The notes: a model not told the origin generated them from the letters alone. A stretch of 64,000 nt of DNA from Lingula anatina (GCA_051362555.1 CM120645.1:21576001-21640000); one strand, 5' to 3'. Numbered from the stretch's first letter, positions 49,738 through 63,786 are shown. Program-made: numbers and translations.

Positions 49738-52700
49738 CTAATTTATACTTGGAAAGTCAATTAAGTTTAGGTTGGATTCTGGATCGCTTGCTCTTTGGCA
49801 ACAGCAAGCGCCATTGCCTCCACAGGATATGTTGCATCTTAGTTCTGGGCAATAGCTAGCGCCATTCCCTTCACCCAAGGTCGCACGCGCCAACATATGG
49901 ACGAGGGTCAGCAGTCGATGGCACAGCATGGCCAGGAACTGTACGATAAGCAGGAAGCAGAAGATGAACAGAAACACGAGACCTGTAATTAGATGTGTCA
50001 TTGAATAAATTAATATTTTCATGTAATTTTCAGTCAAGAATAAGTTAATGGGTTAAATAAATAAAAATGTATAATATGCAAGCATGCAATTCCGGTAAAT
50101 AATTTTTTTAGGAAAATAGAAAAATGAATGAGAACAATATCTAATATGTAGTCGCTACGATGAAAATATCGTGCATTTTGTAATCATACGAACGCTAAAC
50201 TACCCAGTAGTATATAGGCCCACATTTGATATAAACAGGAAATAAATAGGAACCTCATATTACCTAGTGGATTATTCCCAAAAAGTTGGAGGTCTGTACC
50301 CAAGTTACCAAGGGCCAGGAATATTGTGAGCCACAACGTGTTTACTACCGCAAACCACATCAGCGCCGTCTTGCGGAGGTCTATCAGCTCATCTAAATAA
50401 TCAAAATGTTTGCTATGAGAGCGACATTATTATGTTCTACATGGTTAATAAAATTTAATTATTAAATCCGTTTAAATAGGTAGTTTGAGATTAAATTAAA
50501 GATGAAAACTATTGGACAGGTTTGAGAGGAGATTTACTCGTGGGACCATTTACTTTTTATTGCGTCCTCCTTTGCCTTGAACACGGCTGTCGGCTTCAGG
50601 CGAGCAGCTATAAGTTTCTCCCAAAATTGTTTCTCTCTTCTCCCTTGTGGCGTGAGTGGAGACGACTCGCAGTTTTTCAATTCGTCTTCGACCTCCATCA
50701 AGTTTGCTTCATCTACAAAAGCACAAAAAGTGGAATCTATATAATCCAGTCACTACCTAGGTTCCTTTTGAGTTTCGACTGTATGCAATAATAATTACCT
50801 GGTGACCTGCTGCTTAATTAGAATGAATAATTCACTGATGAATATGACTTTGATGCAATATTACACTTGAGAACATACATCGTATAAAATATATACTCAA
50901 TGTACACATTATATCTATTCTAGGATTACAATGTGTGAAGAAACGTTTCATGTTTCAGTAGGACATTAAAAATTCCTCCAAGAGAAATATGACCGTAATT
51001 TATATAATCTGTGTATATATATAATAGATGATGGAGTAATAACTGACACAGACACCCACGTGGTCTTACCAGGAGTAGGCGGTCGAAGCTGCTGGATGGA
51101 CATGTACAGCCGCTTCAAGTGACCTGGTATGAGACAAAATGACATCAAGTTATAATGCAAAAACAAAAGAACATGCACTTATACGTTTTGTACTGCATTT
51201 AATGGACAATATGAAAACTCACGCACACAATCACGTCAATTACCGTGGAAGAGGAAAATGGCTTTGGGAGGGGGGGGGGGGGAGGTTGCTGTTGTAGGTC
51301 TACAATTGATTCAGGCTATATGCATTGTTAATGGAAATCATCCAGAGCGAGACTGACTGGAAAATAAGACACTGCTCGTGGGTTGGGAGAAAGAAAAATG
51401 CTGACACTGTTCCATGTACTCTGGCATATTTAAAAATATTGAATCGGGGAGATGAACATGCCTACACACAAACATTGGTTAAGAACACAGGTCAAATCTG
51501 TACCTTGTACGTTTCATTTAACTGGCCATTCGGACCACCAATTTTGTAAAATCTGTTGGTCTGCATTATGAATTACTGGTCCAAAAAAACATGTTAATTA
51601 GAACTTAATTTCCACCCTATTACATATTAATAGTAGTTATCATAAAAAACCTTCATTGTGTCACTCTTTCTGAAAAACTTTCACCCATGGAGACACACTC
51701 ATAAATATCTATGGAAAATTGAGGAGTTTTTGGTTTTTTTATCAAAAAATATACTAGTCATGTTGGACCACTAAAGTTACACATTCTGAAAAACCTTCTG
51801 GTTACTGGCCCCAGGCGTCGGACCAATGACTGTAGTAGCACACTGTTCAGGTATTACAATAACATCTACCTGGTTTGTGAATTCCAAATTTAATCCTCAG
51901 TTGATCTATGTCTGTGGTGGTCATCAAGTCATCAAAGTTGTCTAGTAGTGATTTCCTGTATCTTACGAGGCCTATGGAGTTAATCCACCTTTCCTGAAGT
52001 GTTAATCCATAATTTCAAAGACGTGCTTATACATTAATAAGGAAATTAGACAGTGGATTAAATGTATCCTATATGTTATTCCTATTCTCCTCGATAAAAA
52101 GCAGGTTTATCCTCGAAATATTGCATTGTCAGTGCATGTGATTTTACCATTGCTAATCAAATAAGCAGATCCTAAACAATTAATTTAGACCACCATGTTG
52201 TCAAGTAGGAAATCGATTCCTAGGGATTTTTGTTTACTATTTATCGTTTGAGTAGGCTTTGTTGTATATTAATCCATAAAAAAACATGGCTTTGGAATAT
52301 TTCAATAGCGAAACCTTCAATGTTTACCTAACAGAAACCAAATCTTCCCAACGTGCGAAAAAAACATGTTTAACGGTTACCTACTAGTATGGTGTCTTGC
52401 TTCAAAGGAAAGGCCTCAGCCCTGACTGAATGTATCGATGAAATCCATCAACACATATTTTCAATAAAGTTTATTACACCCTCACCTTTTCTACCGTGTT
52501 TTCGGGTACCTGTGGGTCTATCTGAAAGGCAGGAAGTCTTTGTACCTCAGCGTGTACCAGGTTAACGTGATCCACGTTGATTATGCCGACTTGGCGAATT
52601 TCCTGAAAAAAATAAAATAATTTTTTTCGAGGACCATGTGTGGGCTAGGAATCTACGTGTATATGCTATCTATTAATAACAACAAGTCAATCTCATATAA

Positions 52701-55700
52701 GAGCTTTGTAGCTTGTATTTGAATGATTTGAGATGGACTGTACCATATGTACTTCATGGAATGTTAGTATTGTTTAATCCCTTTGGCGATCGTGACGCAC
52801 GGGGACACATGTGGCATTAAAAGAGAATATACCTCTTTGCTCATCCCGGCAATAAAAGTGGTGTCGTCATAACCTAGCTTTTTAAAATTGTCCTCACAAG
52901 CCTATAAAAAAGTTTGAAACAATGGTATTAAAAATAAGATAAAACACCCGAAACACTTCACAGCAAAAGGCGTCTTTTATAATTATTTTTAAAAAATCCA
53001 CTTTTCATTACTTTTAAAAAAAGTATCTAAATTATCAGGTAAAATTTTGTTGAAGATTATAAGAGTTATTGTTTTTTTGTGTAATTGTTGACACTATCAC
53101 CAATATAGTTCACAAATATAAGTGCCAATATACAAACTTGACATTTAAAATGGAATATTTTACTTTCGGACTTATACCCAGGTTGAAATGCGTTTTTTTT
53201 AAAATTAAAATTTTAAAATGCTCAGATCTCACACAAAATATGTAATTGGAAAAGTGTGTAGTCAAGTGTGTCGCTACATCATGGCTGTATCACTGCTGCA
53301 TTGCGCAACTCTGGATAGAACACTGAAACTACGTTCTTTATTTAGGTCGGATTTCACCTGTACCGCTAAACAAGTCAAAGTAGAATTTACAGACATCCTG
53401 AAGAGGCCTACGACGAAGTCTTAAGTGACTGTAGGGTCATTTACAGCATCCGCATTTGGAGTGGATAACCCATTGGTGCCAAAACAGCTATGATTTTTGA
53501 AGGGTGGGGGTCCACAGATGCGAAGCCGACCCCCCTCACCCCCATTCCCCTCCACTTGGTGTGGGGTTTGGGGCCTGCTGAAGGGCACCGAAAATTTTGG
53601 CATTTTAGATGGCAAACGGTGCCATTTGGTACGGTTTAGAACTATGATTCTGCTAGTCAAAATTCTAATTTCAGGAGGGAACCAAAAATCGAAGGAGGAG
53701 GGTGGTCAGGACCCCCCTGAAGCCCCTCTAAATCCGCCACTGATGGTTATCGAGAACAACCTGAACCAAATCAAATACAGGAATAATCTGTGAACCACTT
53801 GACTCCCATTTGATAGGGAGCAAGTGAAAATGCCAGTTCAAACAGAGCACTTTTAATCGCAGATAACTTACAGAACCAAGTAAATGAGCAACTACCTTGG
53901 CCATGGAGACCGCCAAATTTGAACTACAGGTATATAGGCAGTATGTGATTAGGTCATAACTCGCCGAATCAACAGCCTACTTATCCTACAACAAAACTGA
54001 ATCAAATTGGACAGTTTTTGAGCGATACCTGGGATGTTATGTCAGATTGAAATCTAAAAACCTATTCCAAGGAATGCCTTGCCGCTTGAGAGCCCTTGTA
54101 GACGCCGGATGAGGTCAGACGCACACGCGACCGTTACTATGACTATATACACTGACATGAGAGTCCTTTGTGGGACTTGTAACAGTTTTACAGATGAAAA
54201 TTTGGAAAATATGGATATCTAAAAATATGGCTTTAAATGGTTGTCGTATGACTTGGAATCAGCAATGAATGCTTCCATGGCGATTTCAATTAATCTTATT
54301 AAAACAGCCTTATTTTAATTTATCAGTCAGAAAAATATAATAATTTAATTTAAAAAATCTGAAAAGTATTCCATATTAAATGTCAAGCCAGTATTTATGT
54401 GTCGATATATTCAGGATGTGATTACTCCGCAGCTGACCATCAGGGTTCAACGATACCTTGATTTCGTCCTGATAAAACCTTGCAAACAACCAATCTTTCA
54501 CTGAAATGGTGTCTTGGCATCTGTCTTCTCTGGCGCCTTCCTGTTCCTCTTCCACAAAGCCTAAAATTATAACACACTATAACCAAATAGACTGCAATGA
54601 TGAATACCCATTAAAATGTCTTAAACCGATTCGTACTTTGTGGTTGGTTTGACTTTTTGTAAGGCACGCAGCTTGAAAAACCTCACGCATGGGGTTTTGA
54701 TTGTGTTGACCATTCTTACACCTTAATGCCTATAATACCTTGCAGCATCCTTATCTGATGACTTGAATCATCGAAATGAGCCTTACTAGTATATTTCGTT
54801 CTTTACTCTTAACTCAATTGACTAAACCAATTGAACCTGAGTAAAATATTCCTAACTACACGTCTAGTTTTAATGCTATACGAAGAGGCGTTCGTATGCC
54901 TTGCGCCACATAAACCGACTTTATTGGTATCACTAATCAGTACAAACCTGTACTGCGTGGGCTCATCATATAATAACATTCACTGTTAATGTGTTTACTA
55001 TTTTTGGTTTACTCACTGCCTGCCGATGTATCATTTGCTTCGGCTAGTAGACCAGTGATCATCTCTACGTTGCCAAATTCGGGTGTATTTTTCTGAGCTG
55101 GGCAACTACAAAAATGTATCAAGTGGAACTTAATCACAACAAACAAATTGAGTCGAGGGGTGATATAATAAACCACGGGTACTAACCTTAGGAGCCTTAG
55201 TCTCCGATTCGTAATTGATTTATTTTATATACTGAATGTGAAGTCATTAAGACCATTGGCCCTGGTTGACATAGCTTTAGATAATAAGCTATTAGGCAGT
55301 TGTTAAGTAAATGTATAAGTTTACAGTTGTAGTTTCTTACATCTTATTTTCAAAGTACTTAAAAACAGTGATTAACTACAACGAGAAAAAAAATCAATAA
55401 GAAATTATTGAAATGTTCCAAACGTTATCAGCAACGAGAAAGGCTATGCTATTCTGATGCACTCTCACAAAATTAGGAGGGTATATTTTTTGTTTGTTTT
55501 TTTTTTAACATACGCCATCCCTTGTATTCGGTTCCATATTTCCCGGAGAGCGCTTTTTTCTTGTCCAGATGTCTTTGCTTCCCTAGTCCCAGCGGAAACT
55601 CCAGATGTCTTTGCTTCCCTAGTCCCTGCAGAAACACGACAACATTAATACTTTTGATGAAACTCAAAATTATGAAATTTACGCAAAGGTGCATATTTGT

Positions 55701-56712
55701 TTATATGAAATCTGGAAAGATAAGTTAAACAAACATTTAACATATCTAAATGGACGTTACCGAACAACAGTCAAACAAGAAAATATGTTGAGATACATTG
55801 TATATGGTTCCTGTACATACCCCAGCTCTGATCCGTAATGTTACATATACTGTAGATAGTGAGGAAGAGAAAGCCAGCCGGCAGAAATAACAGATATGTG
55901 ATACCTTAAAACGAATGTAAACATGTATTAAGTTAGAGTGAAACATGTAACTTAAACAGTTGTTGCCAACAGATCAGCAAACACAATTGTTAACAGCACC
56001 AATACAGAGCAGGTGCCGTATAAGCTGCAAATGCATAGTTGTCCTTTATTTGAATCAGAGCCACCAAATATGTCAATATGCGCATTGTGTTTTTATACTG
56101 ACGTATCCGATACTTTGTAAATGGAAGGGAATATATAAGCACAAGGAACTAAAGGTGAAAAGTACGTATAACGAGGATAATTTCATTATAATATATGTGC
56201 GTATGAGGGCACCGAGATGAAAATATCGTATTCCCAGCAGGCATAGTTGCGTTGGATCAACGTTGAAAACAGGTTGATACATTGAATTGCGGTTGATCTA
56301 CCAAAATTCAACGTAAAATCAACGTTGATCCAGCCACGTCGAAACACCGCCATAATGTGACGTTGACTCAACGTTGTATTTTGGTCATTGTCACAACATT
56401 GCAGACATGTATTATATTTTAAAATATTAATTGTTGAAAACATGATACTTTCTTTATCAATACTGTAACTAACTTTATCAAAATAATCAAAAAGTGTTAA
56501 AAGTAAAAGTGACAGTTTTTTTGTGTCTTTAGTGAACTAGTGAATTTTCTTAACTTGTTATTCAGAAATACATTCAAATAAACCGAATTCCTTGCAAGGT
56601 CAGCTAACACTAGGATGAATAAGGTGCTGTAAATGTGATAGAGTGAATTAATAAAGTTAACAGTTCTTGGTAACCTGTTATACATAGACAGGTTGAGGTG
56701 ACTGTGACTTTG

Positions 56713-56794
<82 letters not shown>

Positions 56795-58340
56795 TTACCA
56801 TGGAAAAGGCAGGTGAACTCCGTTGGATGCAATAATGCCGTTATGACAAACATCCCAGCTACTGCACATATGTACACCGAACTAACTGGGACCGGCAATT
56901 CAGTCACACCTGAAAAATTATGTAAAACTTTTACCCGTGTCCTTTAGCAAAAAAAAAAAAAAAAAAAAGGCTTGCTTCAAATTTTGAAGGTTAGCAGCAA
57001 TAAAATTTCTCTGGCAAACTTGTGCAAACTCGTTGCCACTAACTTTTCTTTTTGCTGAGGGATATGTTAAAATAATATACTTACGTGCAGAGTCATTGCA
57101 ATAATGAACAATGTTCAATATGCAACAATTGTTTAAGAAAAAAAATAACCATCGTGCTATTTGTTGAATTTGGATCTGTTGTTTGATCACTGTTCATTGA
57201 TTATTTGTAACTACTTACTTATTTGAGAGGAAACAGTTGCAACCGGTAGGTTAAAGGTACTGAAGTCCTGCACCAACTGCCGTATGGTACCAAGAAACGT
57301 CACCGCCATTACGATAGCAAATATTGCACTGGCACCTATTGCTACCTAGTGATGCAAAAAAAAAAAAAAAAAAAAAAAAAAACCAAAAAAAAAAAAAAAA
57401 AACACATTTTGTGGTTCTGACAGCTCGCACGAGGTTCAACATATATTTTTTCCTTTCTCCCCCCACTGGTCGAAACAGTATGTAACTGAGTATCTGGTAT
57501 ATTAAAATTTAACTTGACGGAATGTGTGCCGGTGTGACAGGAATGGTAGTCCTAGGAATGGAAGTAAAGGCTTCCATATATGATAAGTACAGCTTAGGGT
57601 TAGTCGGAGTATTAGGATTAGTATATGGGACGAATGTCACCTCTACAAAGTAATGGGGCAGGGAGTATACGGTTCCTAGCGGACCACAATTCCTGTCACA
57701 CCGGTATTAGTGTCTATACAATCTGAGTTTAATTATGTGAAATACTAGTAGCTTGTGCATGTAGGCGTACATGTACGAACTGGGTTGCTTAGGTAAAACG
57801 TATCACTTAGACCCCATTCCCATAGATTTTAGATCGATCTATCCCTGTGGAGAGTCTCACTAGATTACTGTCACCTTAGCCGGCCTAAGCGTCTGTCCCG
57901 TCTACTAAAAGCTGTAAGGGGGTAATTAACTATGGTGCGCACTCGGCTGACTCCAATTTAGCGTGAACGCTCAGGGAGTTAGTTCGATCTAAATCTAAAT
58001 ATCTGGATCGATCTAAATCTCTGGGCATGCACCCTTACATTAATCTGTCTTTCATTTGAGGCGGACATGCAAATACTGAGGTACATAAAAGCAAGGAACA
58101 CCAACACAATGGATGTGATGATGTCGTTTATTCCAAACGCGTACTCCAAACCACCTGAAAATAAAAAAGGAATATGTCGTCTTATATACAGGTCTTCTCA
58201 ATTGGATAAAATAATAATTGGATGTAGTTTGTTGTGAGACTGTAAGTAAAATTACGAACTTCCTGAACGGTGGAAACAGGGGTGGAAAGAGAGAGAAAGA
58301 GAGATAGAGGAGAGAGAGAAATAAACATCTACTCGCGTGC

Positions 58341-58406
<66 letters not shown>

Positions 58407-61400
58407 CCTCCCCCTTACCAGATATAACCAAAATAACAGTGCCTGGACCAATTAACGACGACACCAGTAGAAAAAACTGGTATGCTATGAAAGGGTACGT
58501 GATCCTTTCACTTGACGTCACTAAATTCTCGGCAGATTGCACCAGAAGCCACATGTTGGCCATCGTGGATACGATCCAGCGTCTACGCTGTTTGAAGAAT
58601 TCATCAAAAGTCTCCGGACAGAACGTTTTGTCCTCTGCCACTGCGCAATACTCTATCCCGCTTCGGTTCTTAACCTGAAATAAAACGTAATATATATATA
58701 CAACATTGGTCAAAAAGGTTGTCCCATCCTAAGTATTATGTGCTTTTATTTATAAATGATCACATCTCAGGTGAAGATTGTTATAAATAATGATTTTCAT
58801 TCCAGGTACCATAACTAACATGATTATTAATACAGAAAATACAAACTATCGGTGAAGATATCAATATTTAATACCATTTATTCACATTTATTACATGTAC
58901 CCCCTCAATTCCGACGTTTCGCTGTGATTTTCACAGGGGCAAAAAAAATATCCATTAAATTGAAATGACATCACCGAATGTCACCAAATTTACACACATT
59001 TAGCATTAGGGTGTGTTCAAAGGTCATGTGTCTAAAAGCGTTTGTGTTTACCTCGTACTGTTATTACTTCCTGTAGGTGACGCAGAGTGCCTTCAACAAG
59101 GGTAACAATTCTGTTTTATGGGATATTGTACCATTCTTCCGAAAGAGCTTAGAGGAGTTGGTCCAGATTATTAGGAGTTTAGTTCTCCTTTCCATTGCAC
59201 ACTTTAATTCATGTCACAGATGTTTACTAGGGTTAATAACATGGCTCAAAGATGGTTGCACTATCCTCTGAAATTTGGGTTTCTGCAACAAATCACTCAA
59301 CAGACGAGAGTTGTGAACACGTGCATTTCCATAATGATGCCTGCAGTATCCCTGAAGTAATCTTTTGCAAATGAAGTGAGATATTTGTTAAGAACGTTTC
59401 AGTGAATTGCCCTAATAACGTTCTTTTCCGGAAATAACAATGCACTAAAACCATGGGCTTGGAATTCGCTCCAAAGGTTATCTGACCTGACACCTCAGGC
59501 GATATTATTCTGCACAAACCTTCCAAAAGCATTCTGCAACATGTCTACGGGCCCTAATTTGACCATCGAACGCACACAAGAAATACCTTGATTCTTCAGC
59601 AAACCCAACTTGTTCCTAGTGATGGTTGACCAAGTTCTGGTAGTTCTGGGGTCACTGAACCTAACATTCTCAACTGATACCTCATTCCATCTGCAAGAGG
59701 GGACTTCGGGGATGATCCAGGCTTCACCAACACAGCACACTTGCACACAGTTCTCATGTGGTGAGTGATTTATTGCAGAAACCTAACCAATGTTCTGAAA
59801 CTGGAGAAACCATCTTTGAATCCTGATAATAAACCTACTGAGAACCCGTGGCGTGAATTGGAGTGTGCAATCTAGAGGAGAACCAAACCCCAACTAGTCC
59901 GGATCAATTCCGCCAAGTTTTTTAGGAAACATGGGGTAAAATCCCACAAAACAGAATTGTTACCATTGTTGAAGGCGGTGACGCAGTCTACAGGATATAA
60001 CTACAGCGCGCGGTAGTCACACACGCTAATATAGACACGTGACCTTTAACGAGCACACCCTAATACTAAATGTGTGTTAATTTGGTGACTTTTGGTGGTG
60101 TCTTTTCAATTTAATGGGCATTTCTTTACCTCCATGGAAATGACAGTGGAACATCGGATTTGAGGGGGTACATGTAATAAATATGAATGAATGGTATTAA
60201 ATATGGATATCTCAACCGCTATTTAGTATTTTCTGTACCAATAATCTTGTCAGTTATGGTATCTATAATGAAAAACACCATTCATAGCAATTAAATCCTG
60301 TAATGTGATCATTTATAACTAAAAGCACATAAACAGGGGGTGGGACAACTTTTTGACCAATGTTGTACATGTACATTCAGCTGTTTAACAGTGTAATGTG
60401 AGTCACTGGGGAGGGATATGATCCCACACCCCCGCAGCAGAAAGCATTGCATATTATCAGCCCAAAAATGACCCGCTTACCAAAAGAGTACACAGCCATC
60501 TGTCTTCCCCCATGTCTTTGTACAAGAACTCAAAGCCAGTCTTGGTGTCACTGGCGTACTCCGCCATTGTGCGTTTAAGAACGGACGTGCGGTACATGGT
60601 GAAGCACCCAGGAGCGCACAACACACTGCCAAGTACATGGTTGGCGACCTGAAACATTGGTCTTATCCGTATTCAATCATGATTATTTGATACGTTGCAT
60701 TTTGGCGACGTAAGCCAACATAAATGCATGGCCAACGTATATAAATGAGGTAAGAAAGAAAGTGGTAAATCATGTCACATTTTAATTCCCTCAACTCAAA
60801 AGTAGACTTAAAACTTTCACGGGAAAAAAGATATATTTCAAAAACCTTTAAAACAGAAATTTAGTCAATTGGTCTCGTATCATTTCGTTTTTCACCTGAT
60901 GTGAAATGCCGTTTCCGTTTTATATGAATTTGGTTATTCATTAAGTATTGAATAAATGAGCTTTAATCATTTCTATATTTTTCTGGAATGTAATTTGTAA
61001 TGCAAACTGTAAAAATTAAGCTTTAAAATAATAATATGGAGATAATGATAAGTATTATTCATATGATACCAATTAATGTATTTCACAGAACAATTTTCAG
61101 TTAGCCAACGCTACAATAATTTTGACATTATCAGATTGAACCTTCTTATATGTACTTTTTGCAGCCAATGGCCGATGGCATAGTCGAACACCTGGTAGGA
61201 CACTAAAGGTTGGATTTTGGACCCCGAAGGATGCGTGCGGCCGCAGACGGCGCTGACGCTGTGGTCGTCGTCTCGCAGAAACACGTCAAACAACGCCTCC
61301 ACGGAATTCAAGGTAAACTTGACATCTGCGTCTGTCGCAAGGATGAAGGTCTTTTTTAGACCTAAACGAATGAATGAAAATGCAAGTAATATGTAGGCAT

Positions 61401-63786
61401 GCTATTTTAAAAATATAGACATGATCAATAGGAGGTAGTAATTCATTAAACACTTTTATCATTTTTCTTCTGTCGCCGTATGACCGCATGATATGACAAA
61501 AACCCCCTCTAAACCTGCTAGAATGTTACATAGAAGAAGACAAACTGAATCCGACAGAAGCATATCAGTACAGAGGGATGACAAAAATATGGAACCATCT
61601 GTGTGATGAATAGCGTGATATGTGACATTGGGGGCCCGTTAGTAAGAAAAGAGCGAATGGTGTTTTTTTTTTTATTATTATATTTTGCTGGCAACGCCAG
61701 TGGTGAATTTCAGCCAATTTGTATCATGGTGAAGTTAAGGGAGCTCATAGATGAAAAAAGGAAAAAGAATTGTATATTTGAGGGGTATAAATTTCTCCCA
61801 GATAGCCGCAAGATAGGGTGTTTCTGGCCAGACTGAGGGGTATGCAGAACGCTGGTGGGCATAAGTGATGGTCATAGGTCATCATGAAATGGCCTCCAGA
61901 AGAAGACTAGTGCCAGAGACGCCAGGGGTCGTTTTATACTGTGAAGGGATAGAATATTTTGAACCGTGCAGCGAATTTATATGACCGCGCAATTTGCAGG
62001 TTGAGGTAGGCAAAAGGAGTGTTCTAAGTAGGCTACATGCTACAGGAATTCACAGCAGGGTTGCCAAAAAGAAACCACTTATCAGCTTTGTAAACAGACG
62101 AAGCAGATATACGTGGGCTGCAAGAACCAGTGCAATGACCGTTGCCCTGAACTGGCGCCATTTTGTATTTTCTGGCGAATCTATCTTCATCTTGAACAAC
62201 GTTGGAGGACAAATGATAATGTGGAACACCGTCATCTACTCGTATGACAGATTGCAGTTTGCATTTGCTCACTATAGACAGTCCATTCCAATAATGGTTT
62301 AGGGGTGCATTGGTTTCTACGGAATTGATGGACTGGTGTAGATAAATTGAAACCTAAACCATGCACGTAGCATTATAATTCTGGACCATCGATATAAAAC
62401 ATCGCTGGGGACAGAAATCACTCATCTATTTATCAAAATTGCAATCCTACAGCCCACAAGACCAAGGGTGTTAGAGCGTTGCTTAAACGGCATGACATCA
62501 ACAGGGTGGACTGGCCTGCCTGATCACCATGTGCAATTCCCAATAAAAATATGTGGAATGAGATTGGAAATCAAGTGTCAAAGAAGCATCCCTTGAACAG
62601 AAATGCTCTAATCCGAAGTATCTTTAGAGCCTGGCCCAACACATCCCCCAGAAGACAGTAGTACCTTTAGCAGTCTATATCCAAAAGGCTGATGGCCATA
62701 CTGAGATCATATGCCTATCCTACAAAAGATAAATGCTGACATAAATACAGCAGCAGGCGTATTGTAAGGGCAAAGCAAGGGACTGTAAACCTGTTTTAAA
62801 GACACTAACTTGACATTGCCATTTTCAATAAATGTATCACTGGAAAACAAACAGCTGTTGTTTAGCTTCAAGAAAAACGGTGCAATACTTTTGTCACACG
62901 TCCGTAGAACTGGTATTTTTAAATGGTAGGCTATTTGCAAAACAAATTATGCCGTGACTGCTAGTAGAAAAATTATAAGATATACGTATTATGGTCTGTT
63001 ATACCCGTCCACATATTGAATGAGGTTTGTGAAACGTTTAGTATTTATATCAGTCAAGGAGACTTACGATCTTCCCATTCATGCATCCCTTCATCACTTT
63101 CATCGCGTGGCTTCTTACTCAAAAAATCAACGATATACGACAGGTACATGATCTGACTCCAACGTTTCTTGTTTTTCACCTAGAAGTATATATAGTGATG
63201 CACCTTGAAAGATCTACATTATAGTTGTTAAATAGTTGTTTTTCACCTGCAACAACAACCATTTGGGTTTTATTTGTAAAAGAAGGAACTCGTTCAGCGC
63301 AGAGTAATAGTGCTAGTAATTCGTAAATATGAAGGACGGTTAAAACAGGGGCGGTCAGATTTTTCAAGTTTTCATTGATGGCCATCTAATTTTTTTCTGT
63401 CGGAAACCTATATATGGATAATTGATTGATTGATTGATAAAGATAATTTGGAAAACTGTAAGAAAATAACTCTGGATCCACCCCTGTAAACGACAGTCTC
63501 AATTAGATATACTAGTACCAAGGGCAGAAGAGTAATAAGTCAATCATTTTAGTTGACTTACAAATATAGTTATGTTAGAATAAATTAATCGTTAAATATA
63601 CAACATTATACTTAATCGCAAGAAAAGGGGTTTCACCTTCTGGTTGTCCTTTAAGTGTAACACGACGCTCATTGAATATTGACCAGGTTTGGTGCTAAAA
63701 AATCCCCACACAAGTTGAAGTCCATAGGGAGTGTCATACCTCTCGAAGCCAATTTTCCTTGCACGATTACTTTTGAATTCTACTCC
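49738..63786 (-). CDS. chs: Chitin synthase paralog B (tandem duplicate); exons 5-23 are in the window and the 5' part lies beyond 64000
   Basis: Exon-for-exon homolog of paralog A, e.g. 63179-63068 (KKRWSQ), 61361-61156 (CGRTHP), 60648-60481 (GEDRW), 58674-58419 (QRRRW), 55625-55514 (GTRE) and 49982-49738 (QFLAMLCHR, TAG). I found no stop codon or frameshift in the visible exons. Confidence 0.93.
53490..53742. mobile_element. Truncated ...AAATCCGCCACTG-ended MITE inserted in the Tc1 remnant of paralog B only
   Basis: G/C-tract-rich insert ending CCCCTCTAAATCCGCCACTG, absent at the equivalent site in paralog A (about 28575). Confidence 0.6.
56232..56400 (+). mobile_element. CCCAGCAGGCA-ended CMC/EnSpm-like fragment with CAACGTTG repeats, paralog B only
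   Basis: CCCAGCAGGCA terminus followed by repeated (T)CAACGTTG(A) palindromes. Absent from the equivalent intron of paralog A. Confidence 0.55.
57529..57704 (+). mobile_element. MITE with CCGGTGTGACAGGAAT TIRs
   Basis: 16-bp perfect TIRs and an internal TTAGGGTTAG. Confidence 0.8.
57810..58034. mobile_element. Harbinger/Tourist-like MITE inserted in the exon-10 splice donor of chs-B
   Basis: TTA duplicated at 57807-57809 and 58035-58037. The empty site is at 32381-32400 in paralog A. Confidence 0.85.
58701..60365. mobile_element. Tc1-like element with inverted arms of about 600 bp and TA target duplication, paralog B only
   Basis: CAACATTGGTCAAAAAG and CTTTTTGACCAATGTTG ends, with TA flanks. 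Both arms contain decayed transposase C-terminal sequence. Confidence 0.8.
61780..62700 (+). mobile_element. Decayed Tc1-like transposase
   Basis: SRLHATGIHSRVAKKKPLISFVNRRSRYTWAART...WRHFVFSGESIF resembles the Tc1 KKP.LS..N...RL.WA...W..V.FSDES motif; downstream VDWPA*SPCAIPNKNMW is also Tc1-like. Confidence 0.75.

Noticed and set aside
56715-56792. IYIYIY, KKKK, IIII and CVCV ORF segments (also near 7438, 12114, 18864, 32700, 41239 and 58342)
   Set aside because: Translations of (AT)n, poly-A/T, (TAA)n and (GT)n microsatellites.
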